Shown: in pieces, positions 1 to 13,460 of the stretch
How positions within the stretch are numbered: the first letter of the stretch is position 1
Layout: the number at the start of each line of letters is the position of its first letter
From: Kudoa neothunni
Taxonomy: Eukaryota; Animalia; Cnidaria
Length of the DNA: 64,000 nt
Assembly: GCA_964304625.1 (NCBI GenBank)
Contig: OZ199839.1
Location: 2,048,093-2,112,092 of the forward strand
Direction: 5' to 3'
The notes under the pieces: model-generated
Told to the model about the DNA's origin: nothing
Database searches by the model: none
The model's input: only the letters and a program-made list of their open reading frames with translations
Position numbers and translations under genes: made by a program

Positions 1-3000
1 TTTCTATAATTGACGCCTTTTTTTATTGAAAGCAACTAAAACAGATATATTTGCCTTTCTTGTTTTGCAATAAATGCTAATTATTGTAAACATAAAAAAC
101 AGTTCTTTTTACTAAATGTTTTACCTTATTTTGAAGTTGATTATATTAATTAAAGTGTTTAAATAATCGTTATGAAGTGTTAAATACATAACAAAAGCCT
201 GCAATTAAGAAATATTTTGACGTTTAGTAAAATAATGGGAATTTTAATAGAAAAGTTGCAAATTAAATTGGAGGGCTCCATAAAAATCCTGAAACGATAA
301 TATAAGTAATTACGTGAGTTTTGTTGTTTTCACACACCCGTTTACACTTTCCCATTTTCCTTTTTTTATAATTATTTCAAAGAAAATTTATTCAACCTTT
401 CCATCTTAGTAATTCTTTTGTGATAGTTTATTTTTAATTATAATATAAAACATTAAAATTTTTAATCGTTAAATTCATGATTAATTCTAGATGTAAGTTG
501 GGGGAAGTTTTTTAAATAATCCAAGGTATAATTTAATTGTTTCACTTACAATCCATCTTGAGCTATTGCGGACAATCTTACACATTTTTGTAAGGAAGTT
601 CACTTTGCTTAGTTCCGAAGGGATTGCCCATGTTAGGAATCAGCAACATGCGGCTCCTGAGCTACAGGTTACTCTTTGTTGCTTATGTCACGGTTTTCGT
701 TGCTTCAAACTAAAGAATTAAACATTATAAAAAAAGATAGGCATTTTAATAAAAAATTGAGATTTATTTTGTATCATTTCCAATATTATTCAGATTATCA
801 GTAGACAATAATTATCATTATTTTTAGAAGATTATGGCCATTTAAAAAAATTAAATTCAAAGTTTATTTCTATTAACGCTTGCTCGATTTCCATTCTTAA
901 TCTTCGTATTTTTTTTCTTTTTTGCAGTTAAGTATACGGTTTATCTTTTAAATATGTCATAAATAATTATTTCTTGCCCATCACTCCATTCCTAGGAGCC
1001 AGAAATAATGACTTCTGGTCATAATTACACGCAGGGGATTAAATTTTTATTTACCAGTAGAAATTTAGTTTTATTTGAGATTAACTTTCAGCTCTTCCGC
1101 AATGAAATATCTTTTGGGTACTGAAAAATAGTTTCTCTTGCTGATGTGCCTGCCAACCCATAGTCTATGATAATGGGGATCGGAGTTTTAGCATTTATAT
1201 TTTGTTAATAACAGCGTAAAAACCTTCTAAATTAACCTTTTTAAACAAGCCTGATCCATTTAGAACCTTGATATTTCTTCAATATTTGAGAAAATTTTAA
1301 TACGTGTACTTCATTTTTCGTAATTAAAATAAATTTAGATAGGTATAAAATGACCAAATTTAACAAGCTTATCTCACCTACACTTGTACATATATAAAAA
1401 TCTTCATGATCCTAGTAGGTATGGCTTCTTTTGGATATTAATAATGATGATGATGATGTACCAGATCAAAAATATACATCAAGGAATCTATCGATTTTGC
1501 TTATAAAGATAACACAGCGTTAATTGTTTTTGATGGTTCTCTAATTGATGAAAAATTCTTTTGAGTTAATGAGACTAAAGATAACCGAGACACCGACGGA
1601 AAATATAATGAATTTTCTCAAGGGCGTGACTGTTTATGAGAATCATAGAATTAACAATATAAAATATTGATGTAATTTTTTAGCGGTTTTTAGTTCGCGC
1701 CTAAATGAATTGTTTAAACATTATTATATTATATTTTTCAATAATTTTAAAGTAACACTTCAAAGCATAATGTTAAACATTATCAGACAAAATTTTTGTG
1801 CATATGTAATCTCTATCCTAATATATAAAGTTCTTATGTCTGTTAGTGTGTGTCTACAGCAGGACGCATGTGCCATGAAAAAACTTTTTTTAAATCCAGC
1901 GTTTGGTATACATTTGGAAGGATGATACCATTACGAAAAATCGTTAATTCATTTATAATTGCTTGCATAATCAATATCGGTATCAGAAATAAGGAATTTT
2001 CTGGTTGTCCGCATCAATTAACAGATTAAAAAGTACCTGAATAATATTGATGTTGGTTTACATCGGAGTGATAATCATTTACAATGAACTTTTACTCGCT
2101 ATACACAAATAGAATCTGTTAATTATGATATAGAATGTTATAAAAATGTGATGTATGTCGTTTGGAATAATTTTAACACAAATAAAACTATTAGCACCAC
2201 ATTTACAAGAGTTGTTGCATTTCCCTTAAAATTTGAACCATAACCCAATTATTTAGAATGTATTTTCAATTTTCAAACATTATAGATACATTTTAAGCAA
2301 AATAACTTATGATCATTTTAAATAAAACACATAATTTGAGATTACAAGTTGTTTCCATGTTTGAATAATTTTGATCTCTATACGCACTCTAAAAACGATG
2401 TACGATGTGTGTAGAGTTTTCGAAGAATTAAATTTTTGTGATAACTTATCAAATGAAAATTAGGCTCCATTGGAATTCCTGAGATGTGAAGATTTCTTTT
2501 TATCAAACATATCGATTGAGATTGAAACTATACTTGTCTTTTCGATAAGTTTTTACTCCTTTTTTTATTTTCCTAAACTTTCTTGAAAAACAACTGACAT
2601 CCCTAATTCGATAAGTTTCTATATTTTTTAAAATAATGTTTAAGTTCTTAGTAACCCAATTATTCCTTGTCCCCAGACCTTAAGGTTAATATTCGAATCG
2701 ATATACAGTTTTCTGTAGGCTCACATTAATTCATTATGATATAAAAGCTGAATGAAAATATGCAACACCGCGTTCTATACGTAATTTAAGAAATTATATT
2801 CACGATTACTTTTGCACAAAATACAGTCCCCTCTCAATGTGTGCCTGTAAGTTAACAAGAAATCATTGGTCTATTAGATCTAACCGATTTTTTCACTAAA
2901 TTTTCGTTAATCTCAGAATAGTTCAATACAAAGAAAATTTTTTAGGGCATTCAAACAGTACGTTTATTTTTAAAAGGGTGCACTCCTTCGAGAAAACCAG

Positions 3001-3313
3001 TTGATATTTAGGCATTGCTGTAATGTTTTAAACCAAAAACACCTTTACACTTTAGATTTAATCGTATTTAACAATTAAGTTTATATATTTTAGAACTAGC
3101 AAGTATTATTTTTAAAAAACAAAGGTACATTTATTACAACCTCGTTAACATCCTTTATAAATTCGCAAAAAGGATTAACAGTTAATATTTTTATTTATGA
3201 CTCACCTTCGGTTGTTTTTATTTTCTTTCTTGTCGTTTGTAGACTAATAATATATTTTATAACCAGAAGAATTAATTTTTATCGTAAGATGTTGATAAGA
3301 ACTGAAAGTCCTA

Positions 3314-5700
3314 TTAACCCATAACGGGTCCATTGTTTAGATTTTATTTATAATTTATATATATGTATTAAATTATTAATAATTAACAATTAACACTGGT
3401 GTAATAGATTTTTGAAATATTAAGTATTTAATGAATTACAATTGAATTAGTAATTGGCCAAAAAAGCAACGAAAAACCACCGACGTGCGATTTTCCAATA
3501 GCAGGTTTGTGTTTGCGGTATACAAAAAACAGCTGGTTTAAGGTGAAATAATTGCAAATAATTATGCCTTATGAAATTTTATTGAACGTTTTATATGCAT
3601 ATAACATTGGAAATTCGTACATAAATGTATTGTAGTTTTTTTACAAACTATACATCTACGTTTCTTTTTTGCAGGATGGGTATTAAGCAAGGGTTTTTTG
3701 CACAATGATGACGCTTGGAGTTTGGATAGGGGCGATGTTCTGGTAAGTTTTTCATGGTCACTAATGCTAATTAAACATGTTACGATATTTCGAATATGGT
3801 TTAACAATTTTATTTTTCCATCACTTTATTTGTTGTAAGCGGGCATTTGGAGGTACGATTGGTTCTCACGGTGCCGGTTGCTTTGAGGGATCTTTTCTTC
3901 AGTTCAACGAACAATCTATAGGATGTGAAAAAATTGTCCATATAAATATGAGCGTTTGGTTTATCCTTAAGATCGTCCTCAAAATTCAGCACAACACTAC
4001 CACCGAGGCCAAAATATTTATCATATTTTGCCGACTTACCTGTATAAACGTCAAAGCTATACACAAAACCATCCGCACAGGTCAACATCCACTGCTTAAA
4101 ACCAAGCCGAATTGGTTTTCCCCTCATAAACATTTTTCATGAGTGGTGACCGGTATACGGAACCATCTGTTCATCAACACAAACGTTATTATGGAAAATA
4201 CCAAATTTCTTAAAATTTGCATTCAGCTTCTTCATTTTTGGTGTAAGTTTGAAAAGCTTATCTTCAGGATCTAAACTGGCGTTATCATTTAAATGAATAT
4301 ATGATTTTATAGTCGTGAAGCGTTTATTGGACATGCATTTTCTGACTATATCAACTCCAGAGTCAATTGCAGATTCCCAATACATATGTTGTTGGGATAA
4401 TTTATTATATCCAGACAGTACAGTAGCAAAATACCAATGAATGATTTTAGTTCCTTTAACGATAAATGGAAAGAATGGTCATTCTTCTGGCGAACGTACG
4501 GATTATTTTGTTTAACGATGTGCATCAATAAATTTTCATCGAAAAATTCATAAAATGCTTCAAGTGAATCGTATTTTTCGAGCGAAACGTTTGTTGGCAA
4601 TTCATTTTTGTTTTGTGAAAAAACATTAATTTCCACATCGGTTGATAAATTTGATGAATGAAGAATTTTTTCCCGCTTAGCCATGGAGTTCTCAACAGTC
4701 TGACCATCATCTAATGTTAAAAATATCTCAACTTCCCCGCAAACTTCGGGGACATTCCTGATGTCAACATTGTCTGAATCTAGGCTGACAAAACTTTCTT
4801 CTTCGTCCGTTAAAATATTGACCGTTTCAGGAGGTAATGTTATAATATCGATGCAACTAATTTCATCATAATTTTTTTTGTTTACAAGGTCAAATCCCAG
4901 GTTTAACTTGTTAGGTTGTGTAGTTCGGGTTGTTTAGGCCTTCTCCATTTACGGCTTTTGGCACCGCAGCGTCATATTAAGACAACTCACGTTTATGAGG
5001 TAATGTAGGATTTTATCCCACTAAAAATCTTCGTTTCGGAGCAACCACCACCCCAATCATACCTTGGACTAACCCGAAATTAGTCTTGGAAAGTCGTCTG
5101 AATGCGAACGTCGGCTCTACGGAAACCACCCCCTACTAAGTTTAATGTCGCACCTGTATTCCGGCGTTTATGAGCGCTCTAGTTCTACCCTTCCGTCAGA
5201 CTCCCCTTCCAGCTGCAAACGAGACCACGATAAACCGTAAATCCTTGGGATTACTACAGCCTTCCTACTTGATTTAGGATTAGGAGTAGAGGAAAACCCC
5301 GATTAGGATCGAACTCGCAACCTCATGATATGCAAGCTCGACCGAACACCACTATGCCATATTGTCGAGGCTTTGATTTTCAGCAGAATTTGAATTGATT
5401 GGAATATCTTTCATGGCTATATAATGAGAATCCCGAGCTATTCTTCGATATTCAGTTCCTTCTAGGTAGTTCTTTCAAAATATTTAAAAATGAAGATAAA
5501 TTAATATCCTTTAACCCATTTGCCTTTTTCAGAAGTTTTTTATGCTCGACTTTGACGAATTTGGTTGATAAAAAAGTTAATGTGATTAGTGACTTGATAA
5601 CAAATTTAGATTCGGCACTGCTTCTATGTTGATTATATAGTCCGAATTTTTGAAGTTTCATGAAGAATATTTGACCAAAATAGAAGAGGAAAAAATAAAT
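3314..5700 (-). mobile_element. Decayed piggyBac element (PGBD2/3-like transposase pseudogene), interrupted by a SINE
   Basis: TTAA+CCC end at 3314. Broken minus-strand frames carry piggyBac motifs: DIITLPP..LTDEEE, CVDEQMVPYTGHHS, MRGKPIRLGFKQW, IYMDNFFTS, ATGTVRTNR and a C-terminal RRCIVC..C. The other end was not found, so the right boundary is approximate. Confidence 0.88.
4872..5371 (-). mobile_element. tRNA-derived SINE, about 500 bp
   Basis: Minus-strand head GCCTCGA..TGGCATAGTGG (A box)..GAGTTCGATCC (B box)..TCGGGGT with a 7-bp acceptor-like stem (5296-5371). GC-richer body and A-rich tail at 4872-4879. It splits the piggyBac coding remnant. Confidence 0.75.
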
Positions 5701-7479
5701 GGTTAATTTTTTATCTTTTTAAAAGGCTACATAAACTGTCATCTTGAGTTCGATGTAGATATATTTTGTAAAAAGATGATCAAATTTTTCCGGAACAATA
5801 TTTATTGCCTTAAAGTAATCTCAAATATTGGCAATTGTTCGCACAATGAAATCTTTTGTACATATAATCTTCACACAAAATCATGTTATAATTTCTTGGG
5901 GTTTTCAAAAGTTAACACAACAAATATTTTGTTGGTAAGTTTTCACCACGATGCGTACGCAGATTTTGGCGAAACATTGTCATGTCTGAAGTCGTTTAAT
6001 TTTACCTCTAAAATTTTAATAACAAAAAGCATACGTTCTTATAAATAAATTTAAATAAATAAATAAAAATCAGGCCTACAAATAGAACAAATTTGACTCG
6101 GAAGATTAAGTAATTGCCGTTTCAACAATATTTTTTAAACAAAAGTGTTCACAATTAAACGGCTGAAAAGGCCAAACCAATTTTATCATTCTCACATAGA
6201 ATGGATGCAGGCTATTCTTAAGACAAAATTTAACCTTAACACGAGTGTACGCGTGCGCTAAGTTTATCGTTAATCATAAAGCAATCCTATTTACAAGTTT
6301 TGCATGCAATCAATTTTTTAAAATTGATTATATTTAATTATTCTTGTTCTATTATTAGTAAGTTATTTGGATATTTCTTTAATTAAATATAGCCAAAATG
6401 AATCCTACCTGAATTTTATGGACCTTAGGGATATCCACCTCCTAACGTATGTTTAAATATAAGCAGGATTAACTAATATTTTTTCGTAAGCAGCCTAAAA
6501 ATTAGATTATGCTTATCGACCCGAAACCTAATTAATGTGCACATTTACAAATGTAGCTAGAGCCTAGTAAATTTCCTTTCACAAAAAAAACATTGTTTCG
6601 ATATTCATTACACATAAACATGAGTTGTTCATTTTCCAAATTTTCCCCCAACAAAATAAGAAGAACAAAAAATGAGAATTTTCGTGGGACAACGAAAATT
6701 AAATTTAACCGTTAAGATGCTATTAATCACTGACTATGCAATATCTAATAGGGCGACTGCAGTTGGGCTGTTTTTATACCTTAGAACCAGTACACTAGAA
6801 AGTTGGGTTTGCATCTATTCTCCAATATTAACACGATTAGCCATCCTGATTAGGGCAATATATTACTTTGCAATATCAAGAATTTGAAAATCCGATCATT
6901 TTAACCTAATAATTAAACAAATTACTACCCCGAGAAATTAAATGTATGCGGATCTGGAACAGTTTCTATCGGAAAGAAATCGGCGTTATCGCCTCAATTC
7001 GCAATGTATTGGGACAAAAGGACTTAAGACGCATGAACTTAGTCGTCAAACTTTGATATGCGATGGCATACGAATTGCTAATGTCATTCCCACGAAAATC
7101 ATGAACATAATTTTTGTTCGTGTGTTTATCATAGATTATCTAACTCGAATTATTAAGGTATAACCTCAGCGGTCGCTTACCATCACGTTATCATATATTT
7201 TAAACCGCATATAATAATTAAATTTTTTGTGCTAATCCTTATCATAAGATTAGTCAAACTAATATCTCACATAAACAGTGAATATATGATGGCGGTGGGC
7301 TGTTGAGGCCTAATTCATTGTAGTATTTATATTGTCACCTAAATTCACACTCAAACAAACGCATTACACCAATTACAATACAAAGAAATCATAGGAAAAT
7401 GTGGACGAATCTAAACGACATAGTTTATGCGCGAGTTTAAATTTGACCTCAATATTTGTAATATTATTGGTGGTTTGAT

Positions 7480-8540
7480 ATGACGCTTTTTAATCTGGAA
7501 GAGTATTTGAAATTGGAAAAAGAATATGGCAAAAAATTTAAAATCCTTTGTGATATCATGAAACATTTTGACGATAGCGAACTTCACGAGCCAATATATA
7601 ATATTATTCGTTTGATGTACATTAAACTCATTGAGTTGGAACAACGGCTAGACGAAAACTGTAAATTTTATCTATCGAAAACATTAAAGAAACATAATGG
7701 AACAAAAATTAAAAAACAACTCGAAGTCATCATGAGAAAAGCGTATCGTATGAGGTGTGCTGATGTGGTGGAGGCTCCGTTAGATTGGTCAGCAGCCACA
7801 TCTGATCCACGTCGACCATACCCTATTAGTAGTGAAATGAAAATGGGCAAGATCGGTTCTATGACGAACGATAAATATACTACCACTCAAACTCGCTATC
7901 AACTTGTTGTCCCCTGCAAATATTGCTACTATTTGAATAGTTCTTTATCGTTAACTCAATGCAATCCACGACAAGAACATCAGTTTATTGATGGCAAAGC
8001 AAAGTTGATTCTATCTCAGGAAGAACCAACTGATGATTATCAAAAGAAATCTAACACAACCAATTTCATCTCTAATAATAATTCCACCGCAAAAAATAAT
8101 AATACCAACAATACCAACGCCACCAATTCCAGTGCAAACTCTAACAACAGCAATAGTCATAATCCATCCAGTACGTTAAATAATTTCACCTGCTCCAACT
8201 CGTCCAACTCTTCCAATGATAACAACAATATAAACTCTATATCCAGTCGTAAAAGTAATTCAGACCATTTTCCACTATTGTGTCGATTATAGTGCCATTT
8301 AATCGAATTGTTTTAGCTTTATCACCAAGCGATATCAATAAGCCTCAATATTCATTGGATGTTGATCTTCTTATTGAGAAATTCGAAGAAACCAAAATAA
8401 ATCCCAATGATTCGATCAATCCCAAAACAATCACTTCAAGTGTTATCGCCAAAGATATTGACCTTATTTCGGATGAAAATCTCCCCAACAACTATCTGCT
8501 GTCTGAGCAATCGTCCACCCTCGATTACAACCCTAACTAA
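7480..8540 (+). CDS. Hypothetical protein with Asn/Ser-rich low-complexity segment
   Basis: 270-codon ORF in AT-rich DNA. A GT..AG intron at 8255-8292 (phase 1) joins it in frame to the 8280-8540 ORF. No family recognised. Confidence 0.65.
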
Positions 8541-9326
8541 ATTAAGCGCTCATCTCTGTTCATTAATTTTATAGTGATCATCTGAATAGTTTTTATCCAG
8601 TGAATGTTTTTTTAAATTGGCTTCATTATTTGATCTAAAAATCCACCTTTGTTATTAAATTGATAACCATTATCCTTACTACAAATAAATCTTATATTTA
8701 GAGTTATATCACTTTAAGATTACATTAATTTATTATAATTCATTATTTGTGTTAAAAATTGAAGAGTGAAATGTTTTATTATTCTTTTTGAGACTGTTGA
8801 GTGGTCACAATTTATTTTTTAAAGTTGCCTATAAAATTATTAAAATTATAAATTTTAGTTAAAAAATATATAATTTTGACTAGACGATGGATGGTAGAGC
8901 AGAATGCACTCCTAATTCCCCTATAATAATACTGAAAGGACCTGTCTTTTTGGTGAGAAATAAAAGTGTTCAACGTTAAATTTCTAAGTAATGATGACGC
9001 TAATGGTAGTAAAGTCGAAAATAAAAATGGAAAATATTTATCTATATTTTGATTCAGTTTATCCCCTAATTGTAGGAGCAAACTAAATATACTGAGATAA
9101 GAAATAATGTGTTATTCTCATCTTTATTGTCTTCATTACTATAATCAACGTGAGAAATCATCTTATTTTGACTTTCAGATATAATTAAATTTTCTAAATC
9201 CTGGTTTCTTATCTTAAACAGTTTCCTTTTTAATTTTATCAATATGAGTTTTAAAAAAATTAATATTGTTTACGTGCGATCCAAATTTGATTAAAGTAAT
9301 TAAGTGACCATTTTTACTTTTTCCCT

Positions 9327-9704
9327 GCCTCCGAGAGGATTACGTAAAAGTGGTTACTAACTGTAGGAAACTAATTTGTCACTCACGTTACAAATTAACT
9401 TAATTTATCAATATTTTTAGCAAAAAAAAGTTTAACCATTTTTAAATATCAAAAATTGATTTGCCTCATTAATTCGTTACGATAAAGTCCAAGGCGACAA
9501 CAAATTCACACGAATTCGAGCTATTTTTATACACGAAATGTGAGTCTTGGTGCAAATACGACACAGATTTGTCGATACATTTTTATTTAATTTCAGATAT
9601 GATTTTATAGCAATTTATTGTATTTAACGATGCAATAATAGCCTGGGGTTAATCTGATCCCCAAGTACCGTGTTCTGTCGATTTTGAGGCGCTCGGAATG
9701 TTGA
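9327..9704. mobile_element. Degenerate piggyBac-type MITE fragment related to 24061-25415
   Basis: Right end ctgtcgattttgaggcgctcggaatgttga matches ctgtcgattttagggcgctcggaaggttaa at about 25386-25415. Possible left end gcctccgag at 9327. Confidence 0.45.
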
Positions 9705-10465
9705 CATATATAAACATTTATAGATTACACACCTCGTAAAATCTAAAATTATAATATAACAGTTACATTGAAAAATAGTATAAAATAACAAATGTAAAAA
9801 TTTATGGACCGTATGTATCTAAAAGCAAGGTACAATATTTAGCATCTATAGATCACATTTGAATAAAAATAAGACTTTCATTACAATTTTTATGTTGTAA
9901 AAAGGACTTTATTTTTGAAATAAATAACTAAGTATCTAATCACTGAATTTTAATTACAAAATTTCGATGATAAAACGTTCGTAACTTTTTTTATTATTCA
10001 ATTATGTTTATACAAAAAATACACAAACTAAAAAATAATTTATTTAATTTAAATATCTCTTTATAAAATTTGGAGTCACTATAAGAAAAATGATAGAGCA
10101 GATAATTTATAACATGACGTGTAAAACGTATTTAAATGGTTGTGTCATATAATTTTAGGAACGAAACATTATTAAAAATGTTTTTAACGGATATAGTTAT
10201 TGTAGAAGTTAATTTACGGAAAATAAAATGTGTTTTCATTGGGTTTTGGAAAGTTTCCGAAGATTTCACGCGTGACAACGGTGTTGTATTCGGGACACGG
10301 TAATAAAATTATAAATTATTATAATTAGCTGAATTATTTCCTTTGTTTTATTATTAACGATTCTGAAAGCATTAGCGAAAATGAGTGCACAAAGTGGCGT
10401 TTTTTAGATACCGAATCCTAATCTATTATCTGATTTAGAAACTCATTATGATCAATCTTAATAAA

Positions 10466-11361
10466 CTCTGGCGCGAAACCCTGGCGTTACTCGGTTATAC
10501 AAATATTTTGAGTTGAAGAATCCCTTTAAAATCATTTAAAAAATACGCTTATACTCTTAGTTAACATATAAAAAGTACGAAACTAAAATATTTTTATAGT
10601 ATTATACTTCAACAATTGTGATATATGAAAAAAATTAAGGTAATTTTATGGGAATCATAAAATAGAGAAAATTATGTAGCTAGAAGATACTTTTGATTAC
10701 AACATAGTTACGCGCCACAAAATATCAACTTAAATTATTAAATAGTTGCGTAAAGTAAAACTAAAACGTTTTTATTGAATTTAATTGCCGAAAATTTCAT
10801 TTAACATGTGGCTTCAATTAAATCTAAGGTCCTAGACCTAAAATTAGAAAGTTTTAATCTACCTAATTATGATATGCATTACCTATCTATCATTAAATAA
10901 ACAGATTTAAACCATTAATAAAAATTCTCAAAGTGTGCTTGTCAAGTAAAGTATATTTATGAGTCACATATACATATATATAAGGAATATAATTGCGTGC
11001 ATGTTGTAAAATGCAAACTAATTTCAGTATACAGATAGATGTCAATATTAAATTAAAGTTTGATTATAACATGTAAGAAGAACGTTAATTTCAATTATCA
11101 CCTTCAAATAAACGATTTTAATTCTATTGAATTGAGGATAATCCAATAATCGAACTTTTTTAATCCACCTAACGAATTTAAAACCGGCGAAATAAGTATT
11201 TCCTTTTTACTTTTAGAGCTTTTCATGATTCCACGGCAATTAAAATAATTTTTCAAATATCTTTAATGATTAGACGTTTCATAAACATTTGTCTATAAAA
11301 GAAAAATTCCGACGCGTGCGTACTTGTGGACACACACGGGCAGACAAAGGATTTTATATAT
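10466..11361 (-). mobile_element. Non-autonomous Helitron-like element (degenerate, tandem with the next)
   Basis: Its 5' region (11301-11361) is homologous to 12577-12629. Degenerate 3' hairpin ccgagtaacgccaggg near 10470-10495. Confidence 0.4.
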
Positions 11362-11362
11362 A

Positions 11363-12629
11363 CTAGCGAGAACTGCCCAGCGTTGGTTGAGGAAGATTTC
11401 GCATGGAAATGTTCCTGGATAAAATTGAAAAAAAATATATTAAAATTTAGATTATGAGATTTAAATTATGATCAATTCTTTGAAGAAGTGTACCAATCCC
11501 GGCGTACATTCAAAAATTTCGTGACCACTTACCAACGCTAAATTATTTAAGGTTCGCGTCATTTTTTTCTACATTCCCGAATTATTTAAATTACCTTAAA
11601 GTGTCATCTAAAACGTTTTTTTGGCCCAACTCATAAAGTTTATGCACCACTGTTTAAAGGAAACAAAAAAATTAGAAAAAGACCTAGAGATAGAGGAAAC
11701 ATTCAAAAATAAATTTTTATTTCTAAAATTATTATCCCAATGCCCAACAAGAACTTTAATGCACTTTTCCCCATAAACAGCTACATATCGCGTCAACTTC
11801 AACATCAATAATTTAAATAATTAGATGTAGTAAAAGTACAACCATCTGAATTGAATTTAATCACAGAAAGTTAAACTTAGTGGGTGACTTCAACAACATT
11901 TACAGACATGATGTTTGTATTATAAAGCTCCAATCTATCTGATTATAGAATTCCTTGCCAAATCGCTATTAACCCTTAAAGGATAACCTTCAGTTCCATG
12001 CGCCCATCTTTATATTATTTTGTTTATAAATTTTGTTATTATGCATGTTATATTTTGTGTATATTCGTCAGAATTTCATCTACATTTTTAAAAAAGCATT
12101 ATCTACCGACCGACATAATAAAATAAGTTAATGGTTTGGCGAAATTACACAAATTATAACAGGTTTTACAACAAAATAATAGGGAGGTGGACACGCGAAT
12201 CCAATGGTTAGTCGTTAAGGGTTAATAATGCAAACATAGATTTTTCCCCATATTTTAAGCCATTAATAGAACTTTTAAAATATGTTTATCAAGTCATGTA
12301 CGTTAGAACTCCACAAATAAGGAGTGTACTTGTATAAAACCCCAAATATACACGCCAACATCATATAAAAAGTCAGATGATATCGCTCAATTTCAACCGA
12401 CCATTATCAGGTAATAATCCTATTGTTGAACTCAAGTAATCCGACAAACAAACATTGAATCGACAAAATCACCATTTTATAAACATTTTGGGGAATATTT
12501 TGTAACGTGAAAACGATTTAAAGATTTTTCAAACATTGTGAGTTTTAAAAAATTTCATAAATGATTCTTTACAAGGAAAAAAATTTTGACGCACATGCGT
12601 AGTTGCTGACACACACAGTAGATAATAGA
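11363..12629 (-). mobile_element. Non-autonomous Helitron-like element
   Basis: The minus strand reads A|TC-tattatc... and ends ...caacgctgggcagttctcg-CTAG|T. These are Helitron TC/CTRR termini at an AT site with no TSD. Confidence 0.55.
11969..12225. mobile_element. piggyBac-type MITE nested in the Helitron-like element
   Basis: TTAA-cccttaaaggataacc ... ggttagtcgttaaggg-TTAA. Confidence 0.75.
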
Positions 12630-12733
12630 TTAGCTGATCCAATTTTCCCAAACTTCAAAAATTAGCAAACGCTTTTAAATAATTTAATTATAGTATCTTT
12701 ACTTTGTATGTGAAAGAGGAATGTCATTGTGAC

Positions 12734-13460
12734 CAGGGCTAGGATTTTTTATGGTCACCTTGGGTTCTTGGGAGTTTTTTTCATTTAATACAAAATCTTG
12801 GTTTTTTATTGAAAAACTGTAAACATTAAAGAATAACACAATTTTTGTATGTACAGCATTAATATGTATATTTTTAATAACGTATCCTCTTCAGATTATA
12901 TCATGCAGCAGCGCTTCCCAACTAAAATTGGACTCGCACCCCCATTTGATGACAAAACGAAATTCGCACCCGTTTGCATACGATAAGGTTTAACTGACTC
13001 AAAATTTACCAAAAATTATTTCTCACTGTGATCGAATCTCTTCCACCCCAAGCCCATAGTTTACACCCTTGGGATGCGGGAACCAATGTCATGCCGAGTT
13101 TAAACATTTGCGATATTAAACGACAGCACAATAGATTGTTTAACATGATACCATTAAATAATTACTCAGTAAACATTGTCGTATATTATCAGAAAATTTA
13201 TACGTTATTTTAAAATATATCTTGAATTATGAAGTAATTAATTGTTAGTGTATTGATCTATATTAGAAATCAAGTATGAGTGAATGTTCGCGCCAAAAAA
13301 CTGTAATAATACGATGATAAATTTAAATTTAATGTCTGAAGACGTAGTTATCGAATCGGAAGAAGGTTAAAAACTTTAATATATACGATTCTTTTTTTAT
13401 TATGCTTTAAGCTAGTGTTTTCTCGATCTTGGGTTTTTTTAAACTCCACTGGCAGCCCTG
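12734..13460. mobile_element. hAT-type MITE, family A copy 1
   Basis: TIR CAGGGCT..AGCCCTG and 8-bp TSD attgtgac/attgtgtc. Homologous to about 17975-18845 and 44667-45343. Confidence 0.8.

Noticed and set aside
5296-5371. Functional tRNA gene
   Set aside because: A/B boxes and acceptor stem are present, but the D and anticodon arms do not form properly, and it heads a 500-bp insert inside a transposon. Called as a SINE head.
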